Source of the DNA: Chloroflexia bacterium
GTDB taxonomy: Bacteria > Chloroflexota > Chloroflexia > QHBQ01 > JADMIH01
Length of the DNA: 33,329 nucleotides
Direction of reading: 5' to 3'
NCBI GenBank assembly: GCA_049580985.1
Contig: JBAURA010000041.1
Span: 1 to 33,329, forward strand
Positions within the stretch are counted from its first letter, which is position 1. Each line of letters starts with the position of its first letter. Shown in pieces: positions 31,403 through 33,329 of the stretch. The notes under the pieces are model-generated. The model was not told the DNA's origin. It searched no databases and worked only from the letters and a program-made list of their open reading frames with translations. A program made the position numbers and the translations under genes.

Positions 31403-33329
31403 ATGTTTGCTCACGTCCAGTTTATGAGCGCCCACCGTTGGTTGAGCAGGAGCGGCATATTGGCGCTCGTAGCCATCTCTTTCGCTCTCGTTTTGGGCTG
31501 GTATGTGGTGGCGCAACTCACTCGCCAGCTCGCCATCCCTCCAATCAAAGCTAATGTCCCACTCAGCTTCGTGCCTGATGCCTGGCAATCGGGCACGAGC
31601 GCCAGGTATGTAGCGCATCTTCCGGGCGGCGCTCTCTCCTTTGACCAGGAGGGTGTAGCTCTGCAATTGCCGATTGCCGGAGGCGATACCGGCACCACGG
31701 AGCATCCTCAAGTTAAGCTGGGTATCGGTTTCATCGGTGCGAGCGGCACGGCTACGCTGGCTGGCGATAAGATTCAGCCAGGCACGGTCAACTACTTCAT
31801 CGGCGATGACCCCGACCAGTGGCGCACCGGGGTGCAGAGCTACGGGCGCGTCACCTACAAAGCTCTCTACCCCGGCATTGACCTGACCTACGAGGGTGGC
31901 AGCATGGAGGCGCGCGCAGGCGTGCCCCTGCTCAAAGGCACCTACACCGTCGCCCCAGGAGCCGACCCCTCCCTCATAGCCTGGCGCTATACCGGCGTGC
32001 AAAGCACAAGCCTGGATGCGTCCGATAATTTGCTGATAAGCGTTGAAGGGCCGGTGGCAGGCGGCGACAACGTAGCGCTCAGCGAGCTGGCTCCGGTCGC
32101 CTGGCAAAACGTTCGTGGGCAGCGCGTGCCCGTGCAAGTCCGCTATACACTGGCCGAGGACGGCGCGGTGCGCTTCGCTTTGGGCAGCTACGATCCGGCA
32201 CTCCCCCTCGTCATAGACCCTGTGCTCACCTACTCGACGTACCTGGGAGGCAACTTCGCCGAGAACGGCACCGGCATCGCCGTGGACCCCATGGGCAACT
32301 TCTACGTCACCGGCCACACCAACTCCTCCAACTTCCCCCGCGTCAACGCTCTCCAGAACAACTTCGGCGGTATCGAGGATGCGTTTGTCGCCAAGTTCAA
32401 CCGCGATGGGCAGCCCGTCTACATCACCTACCTGGGCGGCTCCCACTGGGACTTCGGACATGACATCGCCACCGACGCCGCGGGTAACGCCTACGTGACC
32501 GGTTATACCCTCTCGCAGAACTTCCCACTCGCGAATCCTTTCCAGCCAACCCTTGGTGGCAGCAACGACACATTCGTCGCCAAGCTCAATCCTTCCGGGT
32601 CGGCCCTCCTATACTCCACGTACCTGGGTGGTAATGACGATGATTACGGGCGTGGCATCACCGTTGACGCACAGGGCAACGTATACATAGCGGGGAGCAC
32701 CGATTCGACCAACTACCCCGTGAGCAACGCCTACCAACCGGCGAACGCGGGCAACTCCGACGCATTCGTAACCAAATTCAACCCCGCAGGCTCGGCACTG
32801 GTGTGGTCCACCTACCTGGGAGGCTCGAACAGCGACGCGGCGTTCAGCATAGCGGTAGACACGACGAACAATGTTGTCATCACGGGGCGCAGCTATTCCA
32901 CAAACTATCCCCTTCAGGCCGCCTACCAACCCTTTATGGCCGGTCTCCACGACGTGGTTGTGACCAAGCTGAACGCGGCAGGCTCGGGCCTCGTCTACTC
33001 CACCTATTTTGGCGGCACTAGCGACGAGGTCGGCAACGATATCGCCGTCGATCCGGCGGGCAGCGCCTACATTGTGGGCTATACAGGCTCGGCCGATTTC
33101 CCCGTGATCAACGCCTTCCAGGGGGTGGGTGGCTTCGGCGATGCGTTCGTCGCCAAGTTCACCCCCGTCGGTGTGCCCGCTTATTCCACATATCTTGGCG
33201 GCCCCTGGCCGGATGGCGGCGACAGTATCGCCGTCAACGCAGCCGGAGAGGCGTTCGTCATCGGAAGCACCCAGTCTGATAACTTCCCCCTGATGAACCC
33301 CATCTACCCCATTCTCCGAGGTAGCGAGG
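31403..33329 (+). CDS. Membrane-anchored SBBP beta-propeller repeat protein, 3'-truncated by the window edge (absent from the supplied ORF track)
   Basis: My own translation from ATG 31403 (RBS AAGGAGG 31388-31394) gives MFAHVQFMSAHRWLSRSGILALVAISFALVLGWYVVAQL (TM anchor). It continues ...VPLSFVPDAWQ...VNYFIGDDPDQWRTGVQSYGRVTYKALYPGIDLTYEG...YTVAPGADPSLIAWRYTG...PLVIDPVLTYSTYLGG. At least 6 repeats of the type YSTYLGG..D.G.GIAVD..GN.YV.G.T.S.NFP....Q......DAFV.K follow. The frame is open to nt 33329. Confidence 0.85.
   Translation, partial: MFAHVQFMSAHRWLSRSGILALVAISFALVLGWYVVAQLTRQLAIPPIKANVPLSFVPDAWQSGTSARYVAHLPGGALSFDQEGVALQLPIAGGDTGTTEHPQVKLGIGFIGASGTATLAGDKIQPGTVNYFIGDDPDQWRTGVQSYGRVTYKALYPGIDLTYEGGSMEARAGVPLLKGTYTVAPGADPSLIAWRYTGVQSTSLDASDNLLISVEGPVAGGDNVALSELAPVAWQNVRGQRVPVQVRYTLAEDGAVRFALGSYDPALPLVIDPVLTYSTYLGGNFAENGTGIAVDPMGNFYVTGHTNSSNFPRVNALQNNFGGIEDAFVAKFNRDGQPVYITYLGGSHWDFGHDIATDAAGNAYVTGYTLSQNFPLANPFQPTLGGSNDTFVAKLNPSGSALLYSTYLGGNDDDYGRGITVDAQGNVYIAGSTDSTNYPVSNAYQPANAGNSDAFVTKFNPAGSALVWSTYLGGSNSDAAFSIAVDTTNNVVITGRSYSTNYPLQAAYQPFMAGLHDVVVTKLNAAGSGLVYSTYFGGTSDEVGNDIAVDPAGSAYIVGYTGSADFPVINAFQGVGGFGDAFVAKFTPVGVPAYSTYLGGPWPDGGDSIAVNAAGEAFVIGSTQSDNFPLMNPIYPILRGSE

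Noticed and set aside
31343-32461. 372-aa minus-strand ORF, the longest track ORF in this region
   Set aside because: It is antisense to the SBBP repeat gene, whose plus-strand translation gives unmistakable family motifs (YSTYLGG, GIAVD, DAFVAKF). The minus-strand product is Ala/Gly/Val/Arg-rich with no motifs, which is a typical GC-rich shadow ORF.

Overview
GC-rich (roughly 60%), densely coding bacterial window with no rRNA, tRNA or CRISPR array that I can recognise.

(1) nt 1-15720 is a glycan/exopolysaccharide locus. A plus-strand operon with overlapping stop/start codons encodes GT4, a MOP flippase, a GT2-CE4 deacetylase fusion, GT2, an internally duplicated double GT2, a second MOP flippase, and a GT-C membrane transferase with a C-terminal discoidin domain. 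It converges on a minus-strand set: GT4-GAF fusion, GT4, and a secreted GH14/GH42-like hydrolase. A perfect 16-bp bidirectional terminator separates the two.

(2) nt 15721-16074 is a decayed IS6-family transposase relic that fills the divergent intergenic region.

(3) nt 16112-17647 is an orphan clan-CD (gingipain/C25-like) peptidase with no signal peptide. About 670 nt without a convincing gene follows it.

(4) nt 18097-23113 holds two tandem paralogous secreted proteins, duplicated together with their promoter/leader. The upstream copy is frameshifted and has lost its C-terminal domain.

(5) nt 23102-30572 is a minus-strand operon and the most interesting element. A CHAT (caspase-like) protease fused to a SIR2-like domain overlaps the start of a 1316-aa STAND P-loop NTPase. 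That NTPase carries one transmembrane helix and 14 WD40 blades. A DUF2142-like membrane protein follows. This looks like an NLR-like conflict/cell-death system. I know of no experimentally characterised system with this architecture.

(6) An 830-nt lower-GC intergenic region is followed by a 3'-truncated SBBP beta-propeller repeat gene at 31403-33329. That gene is missing from the supplied ORF track because it runs off the window.

All domain calls rest on motif recognition by eye and need profile searches. The gene content (SBBP, STAND-WD40, QYFERAVFEYHP repeats) suggests a filamentous Chloroflexota or actinobacteria-like organism, but this is only a guess.
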